The position numbers and the translations under genes are program-made. The notes beneath the pieces were generated by a model. The model saw nothing but the letters and a program-made list of their open reading frames with translations, was not told the DNA's origin and did no database searches. A stretch of DNA of 64,000 nucleotides from the NCBI GenBank assembly GCA_041600755.1, contig JBFIJL010000002.1:144850-208849 (forward strand). The letters run 5' to 3'. Source of the stretch: Candidatus Saccharimonadales bacterium. Its GTDB lineage: Bacteria; Patescibacteriota; Saccharimonadia; Saccharimonadales; JAXHNE01. Below are positions 45,954-56,024 of this stretch, piece after piece (positions within the stretch are counted from its first letter, which is position 1; each line of letters begins with the position of its first letter).

Positions 45954-46427
45954 CTAGTTTTCTGGACCAGGTAGTCCGGTCTGCCCTTCCCGACTAATCA
46001 CCTCAGGGTCAAAATGGCCATCGTCATGCTGCTGGGTTGGAGTAAAACCTGGCTCGCCCGGAACCGGATCACTTGTGGCGAGAAACCCGGTAGTTGCTGC
46101 AAGAGCAATTGCTGTTACAGCCATACCTAGTCTTTTTCTGCGAGTCATGGCCGACACTGGACTTTCTTTATCGGCGGCTGCAAGAATCCCCACTACATCA
46201 TTACGATTTGGAGAGTTGGGTGCGCTGCTATCTAGATGTGGAGTTAGGTCAACGACATTAGCTATCGTTTCTGTGTCTCGTTGGCTTGGTGCGTCCAATA
46301 TATCTACAACATTATCACCGCGGTACATTGATGGTGGTTCGGGTAGTGCATTTATATCGTTAACTGCTGCTTCTGCAGTAGCAGTGAAATCTTCCATTTG
46401 TGATGTTGGTGTTTCAAATTGACTCAT
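45954..46427 (-). CDS. hypothetical protein with one TM segment
   Basis: A 157-aa ORF with TM segment LGMAVTAIALAATTGFLA, followed by a strong terminator. Confidence 0.45.
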   Translation of the reverse strand: MSQFETPTSQMEDFTATAEAAVNDINALPEPPSMYRGDNVVDILDAPSQRDTETIANVVDLTPHLDSSAPNSPNRNDVVGILAAADKESPVSAMTRRKRLGMAVTAIALAATTGFLATSDPVPGEPGFTPTQQHDDGHFDPEVISREGQTGLPGPEN

Positions 46428-46471
46428 ACTAACATTATAGCAAGCATTAGCGTTATTGTCAAGTATACTGC

Positions 46472-47737
46472 TTACTTGGACCTATGCTCCTTTATTCTGG
46501 CAGCAAACCATTTGGCACTTGGTCGAACGGTGCGTTTCATAGTTTTACGATCAACTTCAATCAATCCAAACTGTGGCCACCAGCCATATTTCCATTCAAA
46601 ATTATCGAGCAAACTCCAGTGCAGATAGCCCCGCAAATCTACGCCTTCGCTTAAGGCTCGCTCCATCGCCACAATTGTTTCTTCTATCCACCACCGCCGA
46701 TATTCATCCTTTCTGTCTGCTAAGCCGTTCTCGGTAATGATGATTGGTTTTTTATAGCGCTTCCAGGCTCGCAACATAAGCGGGTATAGCCCCTCGGGCT
46801 CCATGTACCAACCAAGGTCACTTAGGGGCACTTTCGGGTTCTGACGTTTCAGCATGCCGGTATAGTAATCGGTAAAGTAATAATTAATACCTACAAAATC
46901 CTGAGTCCTGCGGATTCGATTCAGGAACCACCAATTCCAGAATATTCGCATATATTTGGTCGATAGCTGGTCGAAAAAGTTGTGAGGTCTCTTGGCCTGA
47001 ATATTTCCAAGCTGAGCTGCAACTCCAACTTGCAAATGCTTATTATGAGCTTTTAATATTTTATAGGCGCGCTTGTGAGCGACACTTAGATTCCAGTATA
47101 CTTTGCAAAATCGCCAAATGTTTTTAACCTGCGGCACCCACTCACCCGTTAGGTAGCTAAAGCTAGCGTAAACGTTTGGCTCATTGAGCGTAATAACGTG
47201 CTTGAGCTCACTTCCATATTCATCGGCAATCTTTTGCACAAAACGATCGAAGTGTACTAAATTCTTGCGATTCTCAAATCCACCTTTTTCCGTAAACCAA
47301 GTTGGCATTGTCCAGTGCCAGATATTTAAAAATGGCTCAAGCCCCTGTTTAATCAACTCTCCGATATATTCTCGATAATGCTCAATCTCTGATTCGTCCC
47401 ACTCGCCCTCGCGTGGCTCGATACGTGACCATTCAATACCGAAACGAAATGAGTTAAGATTTAATCTTTTGGCGATTGCAAAGTCTTCTTTGTACAGCTG
47501 ATAGTGTTTTACACCCTTACCTGAAACGTAGTTTTCTGGGGTTTCAGCCTGCTTTTTGATGTCCTCCCATGCCGGCGTCCACGACAATCGCTCCTCAGCA
47601 CTCACGGCAAGCTCACGAGCATTAGCAAGCTCCCATTCACTCCACTGATTTACCGTCCCACCTTCTACCTGGTGACTTGCAGTACTGGCTCCCCAGAAGA
47701 AATCTCTTGGGAATATATGTTTTTCGTCTTTTTGCAT
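46472..47737 (-). CDS. glycoside hydrolase family 1 (beta-glucosidase-like)
   Basis: FFWGASTASHQVEG, TLNEPNV (acid/base Glu) and ITENG (nucleophile Glu) motifs. Confidence 0.9.
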   Translation of the reverse strand: MQKDEKHIFPRDFFWGASTASHQVEGGTVNQWSEWELANARELAVSAEERLSWTPAWEDIKKQAETPENYVSGKGVKHYQLYKEDFAIAKRLNLNSFRFGIEWSRIEPREGEWDESEIEHYREYIGELIKQGLEPFLNIWHWTMPTWFTEKGGFENRKNLVHFDRFVQKIADEYGSELKHVITLNEPNVYASFSYLTGEWVPQVKNIWRFCKVYWNLSVAHKRAYKILKAHNKHLQVGVAAQLGNIQAKRPHNFFDQLSTKYMRIFWNWWFLNRIRRTQDFVGINYYFTDYYTGMLKRQNPKVPLSDLGWYMEPEGLYPLMLRAWKRYKKPIIITENGLADRKDEYRRWWIEETIVAMERALSEGVDLRGYLHWSLLDNFEWKYGWWPQFGLIEVDRKTMKRTVRPSAKWFAARIKEHRSK

Positions 47738-47756
47738 TGGCCTATTCTAGCACGCG

Positions 47757-48179
47757 CTATACACCTATAATGCCGATAGTGAGCCCCATAACGAGCAAGG
47801 TGACAAGCTGGCTGGCTAACTTAATCATGGTTAGCTTAGGAGGTTTTAGCTCAAAACCGTCGTGGATTACAAGTGTAGTGGCTGATATTCCAAGCCATAG
47901 ATAAAATCCTGTAAGTACACCACTCATAGTAAACGATACGTCGGTATAAAATTGCGCCGACAAATACGTAACATGCGCCAAAATATAGGCAGTTATTAGA
48001 CCCCCAATTGCTGCAACAAATATTCCTTTGTTTCCGCCTTGCTTGAGCTGCTTGTCGCTAATTTGTGCCAGTTTTTGCCATTGCTTGCCAAAAACAAATG
48101 GCGAATACCAGAGTGCGCCCACGAACATTGATAAGACAGTTGCTGCGATTACACCTATCCATGAAATTTGAACTTCCAT
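47757..48179 (-). CDS. DUF1761-family membrane protein
   Basis: VGALWYSPFVFGKQW motif. The ATG at 48179 is preceded by AGGAGG. Confidence 0.65.
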   Translation of the reverse strand: MEVQISWIGVIAATVLSMFVGALWYSPFVFGKQWQKLAQISDKQLKQGGNKGIFVAAIGGLITAYILAHVTYLSAQFYTDVSFTMSGVLTGFYLWLGISATTLVIHDGFELKPPKLTMIKLASQLVTLLVMGLTIGIIGV

Positions 48180-48327
48180 AAAACCTCCTATTACTAACAC
48201 CATTGTAGCAAACTTATGTGCGACAAAACGTAGGCCAAACTAGTTGATATCAGTAATGATAATTACTAATTTATTGAGCTGGCTTAATTCAAGGAGTATT
48301 CGGGCATAAAGTTGCCCATAAGCCAGA

Positions 48328-48945
48328 CTATCTTTTAGGGTTATTGCGCTTTTTTACAAAGTGAGAAAGCTCGTTCCTATGATTAGTAAGGTCCACAACC
48401 TTGTCCTTGTAGACATTAAGCAGCGAAGAAAAGTGTCTGTTTGGAACCAAAATTTTATCAAGCTTCTTCATTTCTGCAAGATGGTCTATGAGAGAACGAA
48501 AATCACCGTCCCCAGACACAATGATCGCTTTGTCGTAATTTGGAAATTCTTTCATGGTCCAGAGCACCATATCGGCATCGACATTTCCCTTGATGTGCAT
48601 TTCTTCCTCTGCGGCCTTCTTGTCCTTATCGGACGCTTCCTCGTCCATGACGATTTGCGGACGCGATAAGTCGAAAGTCTGTTTTAGAACAATCTTGAAT
48701 CCAGACTCGTGCAACTGGTTGTACATTGGCTCGAATTCAGGAACATAGCCAATAAACATAAATGCTTCATCTACCTTGTGGGTTTCTTTTAAGTAGGCCC
48801 GGAATTTCTTCCAGTCCATCTTCCATCCAGCCTTTTGAGTTGATACGTTTAAGTTTTGACTATCAATAAATGCATACGTTCGTTGCGGACGTTGCGGTTT
48901 CCTATTATTTTTATTGCGGTTTCTACTAAAAAATCTTTGTGCCAT
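48328..48945 (-). CDS. NYN-domain (LabA-like) protein
   Basis: YAFIDSQNL and IVSGDGDF motifs. Confidence 0.75.
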   Translation of the reverse strand: MAQRFFSRNRNKNNRKPQRPQRTYAFIDSQNLNVSTQKAGWKMDWKKFRAYLKETHKVDEAFMFIGYVPEFEPMYNQLHESGFKIVLKQTFDLSRPQIVMDEEASDKDKKAAEEEMHIKGNVDADMVLWTMKEFPNYDKAIIVSGDGDFRSLIDHLAEMKKLDKILVPNRHFSSLLNVYKDKVVDLTNHRNELSHFVKKRNNPKR

Positions 48946-49154
48946 TTAAGAAAGTATATCACTTTACGCTTTGTTCTGATTTTAATACTAAACTTCTACT
49001 CAAGATTAAAGTCAATTGATTGCCTGGCGGCTAATTTATATGCATTTTGATTGCTGAACATTTTAGTAAGCTCACTTCTGTTATATGACAGTGTTTTGTA
49101 TTAGTACAAGCGTATTGGTACACTATCTTTAGTATGAACTAAACGGAGGGTTTC

Positions 49155-49853
49155 ATGGACGATGTAAAAAGTTTAACCGACAGGTTCTCAGACTCGTTTG
49201 ACGAGCTTTGGACGACTGCCGGAGATTACCTACCAAAGCTAGTCGCGGCATTGCTACTAGTTATTGCAGCACTCATTGTTGCAAAGCTGGCTCAAGCACT
49301 AGTTGAGCGAATTCTTAAGCTTGCTCGAGTCGACAAGCTTGCAAAAAATAAACAAGTTGTAAAAACTTTAAAATCTGCCGAATTTAACATTAACTTCATT
49401 GATGTTGCCGGCCGGACTGCCTATTGGGTGGTCATCGTGGTGTTTGCCCTGACAATCGCCGACGTCCTAGAGCTCACTGCAATGAGCGACGTCATTCGTG
49501 AACTGCTAAATTACCTACCGAATGTGTTGGCTGCAGCCATTGTACTGACAGTTACATTTGCAGGTGCAAAATTAGTACGTGACGCAGTTGCGGGAGCTCT
49601 GCGACACATGCGAATAGACTTCTCGCACACAGTGGCAGCTGTAGCGTTTTACGTACTGGTTATCTTTGGCGGCCTAATGGCGCTAGATCAGCTTGGATTC
49701 GACACCACTATTCTGGCTGCGAATATCACACTCATAGTTGCCGGTATAGTATTCGCCATCACATTAGCCTTTGGGCTTGGCGGCCGCGACGCCGCAAAGA
49801 AGGTTATCGACGAGGGTTACGCAAACTACAAAAAATCCATTCACAAAAAATAA
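49155..49853 (+). CDS. membrane protein with repeated conserved-TM-helix segments (mechanosensitive-channel-associated type)
   Basis: Four repeated amphipathic/TM segments, with GGAGGG upstream. Confidence 0.55.
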   Translation: MDDVKSLTDRFSDSFDELWTTAGDYLPKLVAALLLVIAALIVAKLAQALVERILKLARVDKLAKNKQVVKTLKSAEFNINFIDVAGRTAYWVVIVVFALTIADVLELTAMSDVIRELLNYLPNVLAAAIVLTVTFAGAKLVRDAVAGALRHMRIDFSHTVAAVAFYVLVIFGGLMALDQLGFDTTILAANITLIVAGIVFAITLAFGLGGRDAAKKVIDEGYANYKKSIHKK

Positions 49854-49876
49854 CTACAATTTCATACTGGGAAAAG

Positions 49877-49900
49877 CTGCCTGTAATGGGCAGTTTTTTT
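49877..49900 (+). terminator. intrinsic terminator
   Basis: CTGCC-tgtaatg-GGCAG-TTTTTTT. Confidence 0.6.
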
Positions 49901-49943
49901 CGTGAGGCCATTAAAGTTAAACTTATCTGCTATATTTAAAGAC

Positions 49944-50384
49944 ATGAGAAGAATTGCAGTACGTGGCGTAATCGTGCATGAAAACAAACTATTGTGCGTT
50001 CGGCACAAAGACTACCAGCACAATATACTGTCCAAAGATTTTTGGTGCTTGCCTGGCGGCGGTGTCGACGAAGGCGAAGACCTAATATTGGCCGTAAAAC
50101 GTGAAATGCTCGAGGAAACCGGCATAAAGGCAGAGGTTGGAAGTATTCTTCATATAAACCATTTTACATTCGGAGAAATGGAGCACCTCGAGTTCTTTTT
50201 TCACATCACAAATCCGCAAGATTTTTTGAATATTGATCTGTCGAAGGCATCACACGCCGAAGCCGAAATTGCTGAGATTGAATTTATTGATACAAAACAG
50301 AACCATATCTTGCCAGAATTTCTTACCAAAAAATCTGCCAATGAACTACTTAAAGCTCAAGCAGAAATAATAACTGCACTCTAG
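49944..50384 (+). CDS. NUDIX hydrolase
   Basis: Nudix box GGGVDEGEDLILAVKREMLEETG. The ORF-track start 49902 abuts the terminator, so the ATG at 49944 is preferred. Confidence 0.85.
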   Translation: MRRIAVRGVIVHENKLLCVRHKDYQHNILSKDFWCLPGGGVDEGEDLILAVKREMLEETGIKAEVGSILHINHFTFGEMEHLEFFFHITNPQDFLNIDLSKASHAEAEIAEIEFIDTKQNHILPEFLTKKSANELLKAQAEIITAL

Positions 50385-50396
50385 CTATTACGAGCA

Positions 50397-51155
50397 TTAA
50401 GCGGTAGTAAGTCGCCTACTTTTTATCTTCTCTTCAGATGAATGTTTATCTAAATACCGTGATAAATTGTCGTCCAGCTCATCAGCAACAATAGTCATGT
50501 GGGCGATGTATGACGGAAGGTCTTTCAAAACGGATACTCTGCCAGGAATTATAAAGTACAGTTGATTTCCAAGTATTTCAATATCGGCATTTTTAGAATT
50601 TTTGTTTATAGCATCCAGAAGATCTGGAGCACCAATAACTAGCGAATCTATATGGTAACCAATTGGGGCATAGAGTCCATATTTTTGTTGCATAACACCC
50701 TCATAGGATACTAATCCTGCATTCTTTAGCTTTATCGGAAGCTCTCTTCGCAACCAAGCATTATTGGCCTTGTTGTCAAAATAAAGATGTGGCGATTGGA
50801 AATTCAGAGGCATCATAATTATTGTAAATATTCTATTTATGGGAAGCAGGCTGTTTTTACTCGAAAGATCATAGAATCCACATGCCCAGAAGCTTCCCTC
50901 GATGTGACCAATGATCCTACTGTCTTGATGCGCCACAATCAGTGAAGCGCCTACTCGCTCTTTAACTAAATTATGTGAAGTCTTTCTTGTTTTGTAATCA
51001 TATTCAGGAAACGATTTAAGGTTCTGTCTTATATCCTTTCTAATCATTCGTTCTTTAAACAAGCTTGTATTTCTATATACCCACACGATAAGTGCGCCTA
51101 AAATAACGTCACTTAAAAAAATAAGCATAAGCGGAGAAAGTATCCTGTCGTTCAT
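50397..51155 (-). CDS. hypothetical membrane-anchored protein
   Basis: A 252-aa ORF with an N-terminal TM segment and no confident motif. Confidence 0.5.
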   Translation of the reverse strand: MNDRILSPLMLIFLSDVILGALIVWVYRNTSLFKERMIRKDIRQNLKSFPEYDYKTRKTSHNLVKERVGASLIVAHQDSRIIGHIEGSFWACGFYDLSSKNSLLPINRIFTIIMMPLNFQSPHLYFDNKANNAWLRRELPIKLKNAGLVSYEGVMQQKYGLYAPIGYHIDSLVIGAPDLLDAINKNSKNADIEILGNQLYFIIPGRVSVLKDLPSYIAHMTIVADELDDNLSRYLDKHSSEEKIKSRRLTTA

Positions 51156-51157
51156 TG

Positions 51158-51574
51158 CTACAACTCTTCACCCATACGGGCGCGGTTAGCCCACTCGTCT
51201 GCGAGTTCGTTTTGCTCGGTGCCAACATGTGCTCTCACCCAAGTAAGCTTCACTTCCCCATCGTTGTATAAATCATACGCTTTTTGGACTAAATCGAGGT
51301 TCTTGATTGGACCTTTGGCTTTCTTCCAGCCTTTAGCGTGCCAACCTGGTGCCCATTTAGTAATAACATTTATCCAAAATTCACTGTCTGTGCAGATTTC
51401 ACATGGCTTACCATCGGCTAAAGTCATGGCCGCTATCAACGCTTCGCCTTCCATCCTAATGTTTGTGGAGTCTTTCTCGGCACCAAGTGCTACTGGTTTT
51501 TTATCTTGTATTACTGCAAAGCCTCCGGGACCTGGATTTGGGCTGCAACTTCCATCTGTATAGTAAGTAATCAT
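51158..51574 (-). CDS. rnhA: ribonuclease HI
   Basis: YTDGSCSPNPGPGGFA, the E of MEGEA, D of CTDSE and D of ELADEWAN match the DEDD catalytic pattern. Confidence 0.9.
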   Translation of the reverse strand: MITYYTDGSCSPNPGPGGFAVIQDKKPVALGAEKDSTNIRMEGEALIAAMTLADGKPCEICTDSEFWINVITKWAPGWHAKGWKKAKGPIKNLDLVQKAYDLYNDGEVKLTWVRAHVGTEQNELADEWANRARMGEEL

Positions 51575-51606
51575 CTGTATAAGTATACTGATTAATTGTA
51601 GTAGCG

Positions 51607-52338
51607 CTAGTTTCTTTCGAGGATTGCACGCATTCGTTTACCGGCAAGTCCGCCGCGCTTTAGACTACTTAATATTGTCTCCAAGTCGCTCACCGTTACT
51701 ACTGATTGCTCTCGTTCACACTTTTGGGTGTCGAGTAGTTTCTCGCCAAACCTTACAAGATTCTCCAAGTCATCTTCCGGAACTGAATCAAGCAACATTT
51801 CTGTACGATAGCCGAGTTCGCTTGTTATCTGTTTTTCATCGGCAGAATAAAAGTCGTAGCGCAGTCCCTTGCTCATATCGCAACCACTACCACTTTTAAA
51901 TATTGCAAAGAATATAGTTTCAGTAATCAGAATATGCCCAACCTCTTGTGGCTCTTCGTATGTATCTCCTGTATCGAATGGCTCGTCAAATATTTGATCC
52001 TCATCTGGCTCATCGCCATCCATTACCATGTACGCGTTCACCTGTTCGGGGATCGTGAACACAGGCTCACGGTGCATTAATTCAACTGCATAGGTTTCGG
52101 GCAATAACTCATCGTCGTCTTCGTCAAAATCTTCGCGCATGGCCCTAAAATGAAATGCAAAATCAGGATACGTTCCGTCATCAACCGCCCAATTCACATC
52201 TACCTCGTCCCAAAGATCTCCACCTAGCCTGTTGGCTGCGCCCCGCAATGCCCGAACGCAAAAGCTTCGAGCCTGCGACTCGGTAACCTCTGGAGATGGA
52301 ACATCAAGCAAAGCCTCGGAACGATTTATTTCACTCAT
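51607..52338 (-). CDS. acidic hypothetical protein
   Basis: A 243-aa ORF with D/E-rich runs and no recognised motif. Confidence 0.45.
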   Translation of the reverse strand: MSEINRSEALLDVPSPEVTESQARSFCVRALRGAANRLGGDLWDEVDVNWAVDDGTYPDFAFHFRAMREDFDEDDDELLPETYAVELMHREPVFTIPEQVNAYMVMDGDEPDEDQIFDEPFDTGDTYEEPQEVGHILITETIFFAIFKSGSGCDMSKGLRYDFYSADEKQITSELGYRTEMLLDSVPEDDLENLVRFGEKLLDTQKCEREQSVVTVSDLETILSSLKRGGLAGKRMRAILERN

Positions 52339-52382
52339 TACTATTATAGTATGTGATTCACTGTCTGAATCAAAGCACTAGC

Positions 52383-52799
52383 CTAAACAACCGAAAGCAT
52401 AAAATTTCGGATAGCACTTTGTGAAAATACTGTCGTCAATAAGCACATAAGAATAAACAATGCAGAACCGAAAAATCTATAAAATATTTTTTGTCTCTGC
52501 TTGCCAGCCACTAAATACGCCGAGATCGTAAGTACGCCCGCAATAACCGACCAATATACCACTGCATAAGAGAGTCGGCTAATTGCACTATTTAGCTCGT
52601 CAGTTCGTAAATTCTCGTCAGTGAACTTTATGACAGGGCTGGTGTCTGCCATGAAATACAAATTTACTATAATGCTTATTTGCACAAATACTGAGATGAT
52701 GGCTGTCAGTCCAACCATAAAAACACTTACTACCTGCGCGGCAAACAGCATTAAATACCTGGCTGAACTTAGCCTTGATCCGTTATTAGATAATTTCAT
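52383..52799 (-). CDS. integral membrane protein
   Basis: 138 aa with four hydrophobic helices. It overlaps the glyQS 3' end by 14 nt. Confidence 0.45.
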   Translation of the reverse strand: MKLSNNGSRLSSARYLMLFAAQVVSVFMVGLTAIISVFVQISIIVNLYFMADTSPVIKFTDENLRTDELNSAISRLSYAVVYWSVIAGVLTISAYLVAGKQRQKIFYRFFGSALFILMCLLTTVFSQSAIRNFMLSVV

Positions 52800-54120
52800 C
52801 GATCTTAACTCGCTTCTGATTAGTGGTGTCGCGGTCGCGGATGGTTACAGTATCGTCTTCTAGGGTATCGAAGTCGATGACGATGCATTCTGGTGTACCG
52901 ATCTCGTCCTGGCGCCGATACCGCTTACCGATGTTTCCGTTATCGTCCCACATGACATTTCCGTGCTTCTTCTTCATTAGGTCGTAGACTTCCCTGGCCT
53001 TCGCAACAAGCTCTGGCTTGTTCTTGAGCAGTGGTGATACTGCGCATCTGTATGGTGCGAGCTCAGGCTTAAGCTTGAGTACAACTCTCTTGTCGCCATT
53101 AATTTCCTCTTCTGTATAGGCATCTGTCATAACTGCCAAGAACATGCGACCAACCCCAACCGAAGACTCAATAACGTTTGGTAGTACTTTTTCGTTATTC
53201 TCTTGATCGAAGTATTCGAGGTCTTTGCCGCTCGCCTTTTGATGACTGGCTAGATCGAAATCAGTTCGGTTGTGAGTACCCCATAACTCTTTAAATCCCT
53301 GTGGAAACTTAAAATACACGTCGTGCGCTGTAGCGGCATAATGGGCTCGTTCGTTTTCTTCATGTTCGTGCCACTGTAAGTTTTCTTTATCAATACCTAG
53401 TCGATCAATCAAGAACGACCATGCAAAACTTCTCCATTCTTCGTATATTTCATCTTGCATGCTCGGCTTTATGAAGTATTGCATTTCCATCTGTTCTAGC
53501 TCGCGAACGCGGAAAATAAAGTCACGAGGTGATATCTCATTGCGAAATGCTTTACCAATTTGCGCTATACCAAACGGAAGTTTTGCGCGCATAGTTTCTT
53601 GGACATTTTTGTAATTAACAAAAATTGAACCGGCTGTTTCTGGGCGAAGATAAGCTATAGAATCATCATTTTCAATTGGACCAATCCAGGTCTTCATCAT
53701 CATATTATAGGTTCGTGGCTCTGTAAGCTCACGCTTGCCGCATGTCGGACATTTCTTGTCTTTCAGCAAACCTTTAAGCTCTTCTAAATCTGTAGAGTCA
53801 GTGTCTGCCAAGTGGTCTGCACGATGTCGAGCACCACAACTCTTGCAATCCACTAATGGGTCTGTAAAACCAGCTACATGCCCACTTGCTTCCCATAGCT
53901 TAGGGTTTTGAATGATCGCACCGTCAACGCCAAAAACGTTGTCACGTTCTGTCACGATCGCCTTCCACCATTCTGCTTTTATTTTATTGACCAGTTCAAC
54001 ACCTAAAGGACCGTAATCCCAAAATCCAGCTAATCCGCCATAAATTTCACTTGCTTGAAATACAAACCCGCGGCGCTTGCACAGGCTTACAATATCTTCC
54101 ATTTTTACTTCTTTGCTCAT
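52786..54120 (-). CDS. glyQS: glycine--tRNA ligase (dimeric class II type)
   Basis: CKRRGFVFQASEIYGGLAGFWDYGPLG, GIAQIGKAFRNEISPR and a C-terminal anticodon-binding domain. The ATG at 54120 is preferred. Confidence 0.95.
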   Translation of the reverse strand: MSKEVKMEDIVSLCKRRGFVFQASEIYGGLAGFWDYGPLGVELVNKIKAEWWKAIVTERDNVFGVDGAIIQNPKLWEASGHVAGFTDPLVDCKSCGARHRADHLADTDSTDLEELKGLLKDKKCPTCGKRELTEPRTYNMMMKTWIGPIENDDSIAYLRPETAGSIFVNYKNVQETMRAKLPFGIAQIGKAFRNEISPRDFIFRVRELEQMEMQYFIKPSMQDEIYEEWRSFAWSFLIDRLGIDKENLQWHEHEENERAHYAATAHDVYFKFPQGFKELWGTHNRTDFDLASHQKASGKDLEYFDQENNEKVLPNVIESSVGVGRMFLAVMTDAYTEEEINGDKRVVLKLKPELAPYRCAVSPLLKNKPELVAKAREVYDLMKKKHGNVMWDDNGNIGKRYRRQDEIGTPECIVIDFDTLEDDTVTIRDRDTTNQKRVKIDEII

Positions 54121-54170
54121 GCCACTAGTATACGCGGAAACCGACATAATTTACAGTGGTGCACCGAAGT

Positions 54171-54863
54171 CTACAATAAATGGTGTTCGGCCATGCGACG
54201 AGTAAGCACACAACAGATAGAAATAATATCCTGAGGTGCCTCAAGTTTGGATAAGTTTTGTGCACGAGACATGTGTGATACGAGACGCAATAACTTGATA
54301 TGTGGTGCACTCAGCGAACCAGATGGTGCTTGCATGAAACTCATGTCGGCAACATCAAATTCATAGGTCTGGTCTGGAAGCAGCTTCTCTCCTGCCGAAT
54401 CTTGCTGTAAATCTGGCTGAATTCCCGAACGCAGCAGCATGTGCATATAAAACCAAAGTTCAGATAACTCAATTGAAACATTGTCATCATTCAGTCCGCT
54501 CAATCCCTCTGCAAGCACATCAAAATATTCACTTTCGTCAGCATTCTCGGCCACTACTCTGTCTATTGCTTTTATAAAATCATAGGCCTTCATGGTTCGT
54601 TCAATATTTTTACCAATCTCAGAAAACTGCTTGTCGACTCTTGACGATGTCAGAGTATGCAAATCACTCTTGCCTTTTATGTAGCTCAACGTATTCACCG
54701 CAAATAGCTCTATACCTCCCGCCAGCTTCGACTTTGATCGCCGGGCACCTTTAGCGATAACACTCACCTTGCCATGGTCGCTGGTGAGTACATTCAAAAT
54801 TCTATCCGCCTCCTGATAGTTGGTGCGTCGCAGCACAATTGCTTTAGTAGTTGTCTGAATCAT
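54171..54863 (-). CDS. recO: DNA repair protein RecO
   Basis: An N-terminal OB-fold pattern (AIVLRRTNYQEADRIL) and matching length. It lies upstream of glyQS, an arrangement often seen in bacteria. Confidence 0.8.
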   Translation of the reverse strand: MIQTTTKAIVLRRTNYQEADRILNVLTSDHGKVSVIAKGARRSKSKLAGGIELFAVNTLSYIKGKSDLHTLTSSRVDKQFSEIGKNIERTMKAYDFIKAIDRVVAENADESEYFDVLAEGLSGLNDDNVSIELSELWFYMHMLLRSGIQPDLQQDSAGEKLLPDQTYEFDVADMSFMQAPSGSLSAPHIKLLRLVSHMSRAQNLSKLEAPQDIISICCVLTRRMAEHHLL

Positions 54864-54866
54864 GAG

Positions 54867-55250
54867 CTACTCAACAGCTTTATTCACACTACGTTCAACC
54901 GCCAAAACAAGCTGCTGTAATGTCGAGGTTGTTTTTTGCAAATATGCCACTATTCCGAGCTTGGCGTGAACCACTTCATCAGACGTGAAGTCGTGCGGCG
55001 ATACATATGTATAGAGCACAATTGGAATGTGCATCATGTCTGCATATGATCGAAGTTCATATATAAACTCCAGCCCGTTATGGCCTCCAAGCGCAAGCTC
55101 CAGCACTATACAATCTGGTGTAAATTCATCGATTGACTGCACGCCACTCTCTGCACTAATTGCGACAGTTGTGTCATGACCTGCCATTTTTAAAGCCTGT
55201 ACCACCTGAGAACTAATTATTTTGTCAGAATCGACAACAAGCACATGCAT
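54867..55250 (-). CDS. single-domain receiver protein with Glu at the phospho-acceptor position
   Basis: The receiver pattern VLVVDSD / CIVLELALGGHNG / VLYT / YLQK. By eye, E replaces the conserved Asp. Confidence 0.7.
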   Translation of the reverse strand: MHVLVVDSDKIISSQVVQALKMAGHDTTVAISAESGVQSIDEFTPDCIVLELALGGHNGLEFIYELRSYADMMHIPIVLYTYVSPHDFTSDEVVHAKLGIVAYLQKTTSTLQQLVLAVERSVNKAVE

Positions 55251-55251
55251 G

Positions 55252-55968
55252 TTACAAAAGGGCCAACTGTGGGCTCGGCGTTAAAGTGATTGCAAATCCA
55301 TTCATGTGTTTGTGTTTTGCTGGACGCACCTGTGCTCCCAATTGTCGAAACAGCGCATCCGCAACCACTACACCACTCATGCTCGCATGAGAAGCGCTGG
55401 GCATTGCCTGCCTGCCAGAAGTTGTTACATCAAGCGCCTGTCTAAAAGATTTGGTGGAAACCGTGTCCAGTCCCTGTGAGTATACGCCAGCGACAATTCC
55501 CCATCGATTTTTTCGTAATCCAATTGTGATTGATTCATCCTGTCCAGCCCCCGCTTCTATGCAAGCTAGCCCGAGTGAGCTTAGCCCGGCTGAAAGCACT
55601 TCTGCATCAGTTACAATTGGGCCAGCTTTGCTAGATATATCCAAATTTATCGACAACTGAGATCTAGCCGTAATAGAACGCAACGCCGCCGCCACATCGT
55701 GTAGTACCGCAGACAATCCAGCCTGGCGTAGCTCTATACTTTCACCTCGAATTGCAAATCTTTGCCAGGTCATAAAATGCTCAACCAGTTGAAGGCTGAC
55801 GGACGTTTGGTCGACTATCATGCCAGGGTTTAATTTACCGTCATTCGATAACACGAGTTCTGCTTGATTGCGCACTCGCACCAATGGCTCGCGCACGTGT
55901 TCCATGACTGCCAAAAGCAAACGCTCATGCTGCATTACTTCATATGCTACCTGTTTTTGCTCACTCAT
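55252..55968 (-). CDS. cytoplasmic histidine-kinase-like protein with a degenerate ATP-binding domain
   Basis: An H-box-like MEHVREPL is present. The C-terminal half has only faint N/G1/G2 equivalents, and there is no TM segment. Confidence 0.5.
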   Translation of the reverse strand: MSEQKQVAYEVMQHERLLLAVMEHVREPLVRVRNQAELVLSNDGKLNPGMIVDQTSVSLQLVEHFMTWQRFAIRGESIELRQAGLSAVLHDVAAALRSITARSQLSINLDISSKAGPIVTDAEVLSAGLSSLGLACIEAGAGQDESITIGLRKNRWGIVAGVYSQGLDTVSTKSFRQALDVTTSGRQAMPSASHASMSGVVVADALFRQLGAQVRPAKHKHMNGFAITLTPSPQLALL

Positions 55969-56024
55969 AGCGTGCTTGTTGTTACCCTTAATATGAACAA
56001 GTATAGCACCAAAAAGTGTTCAGG

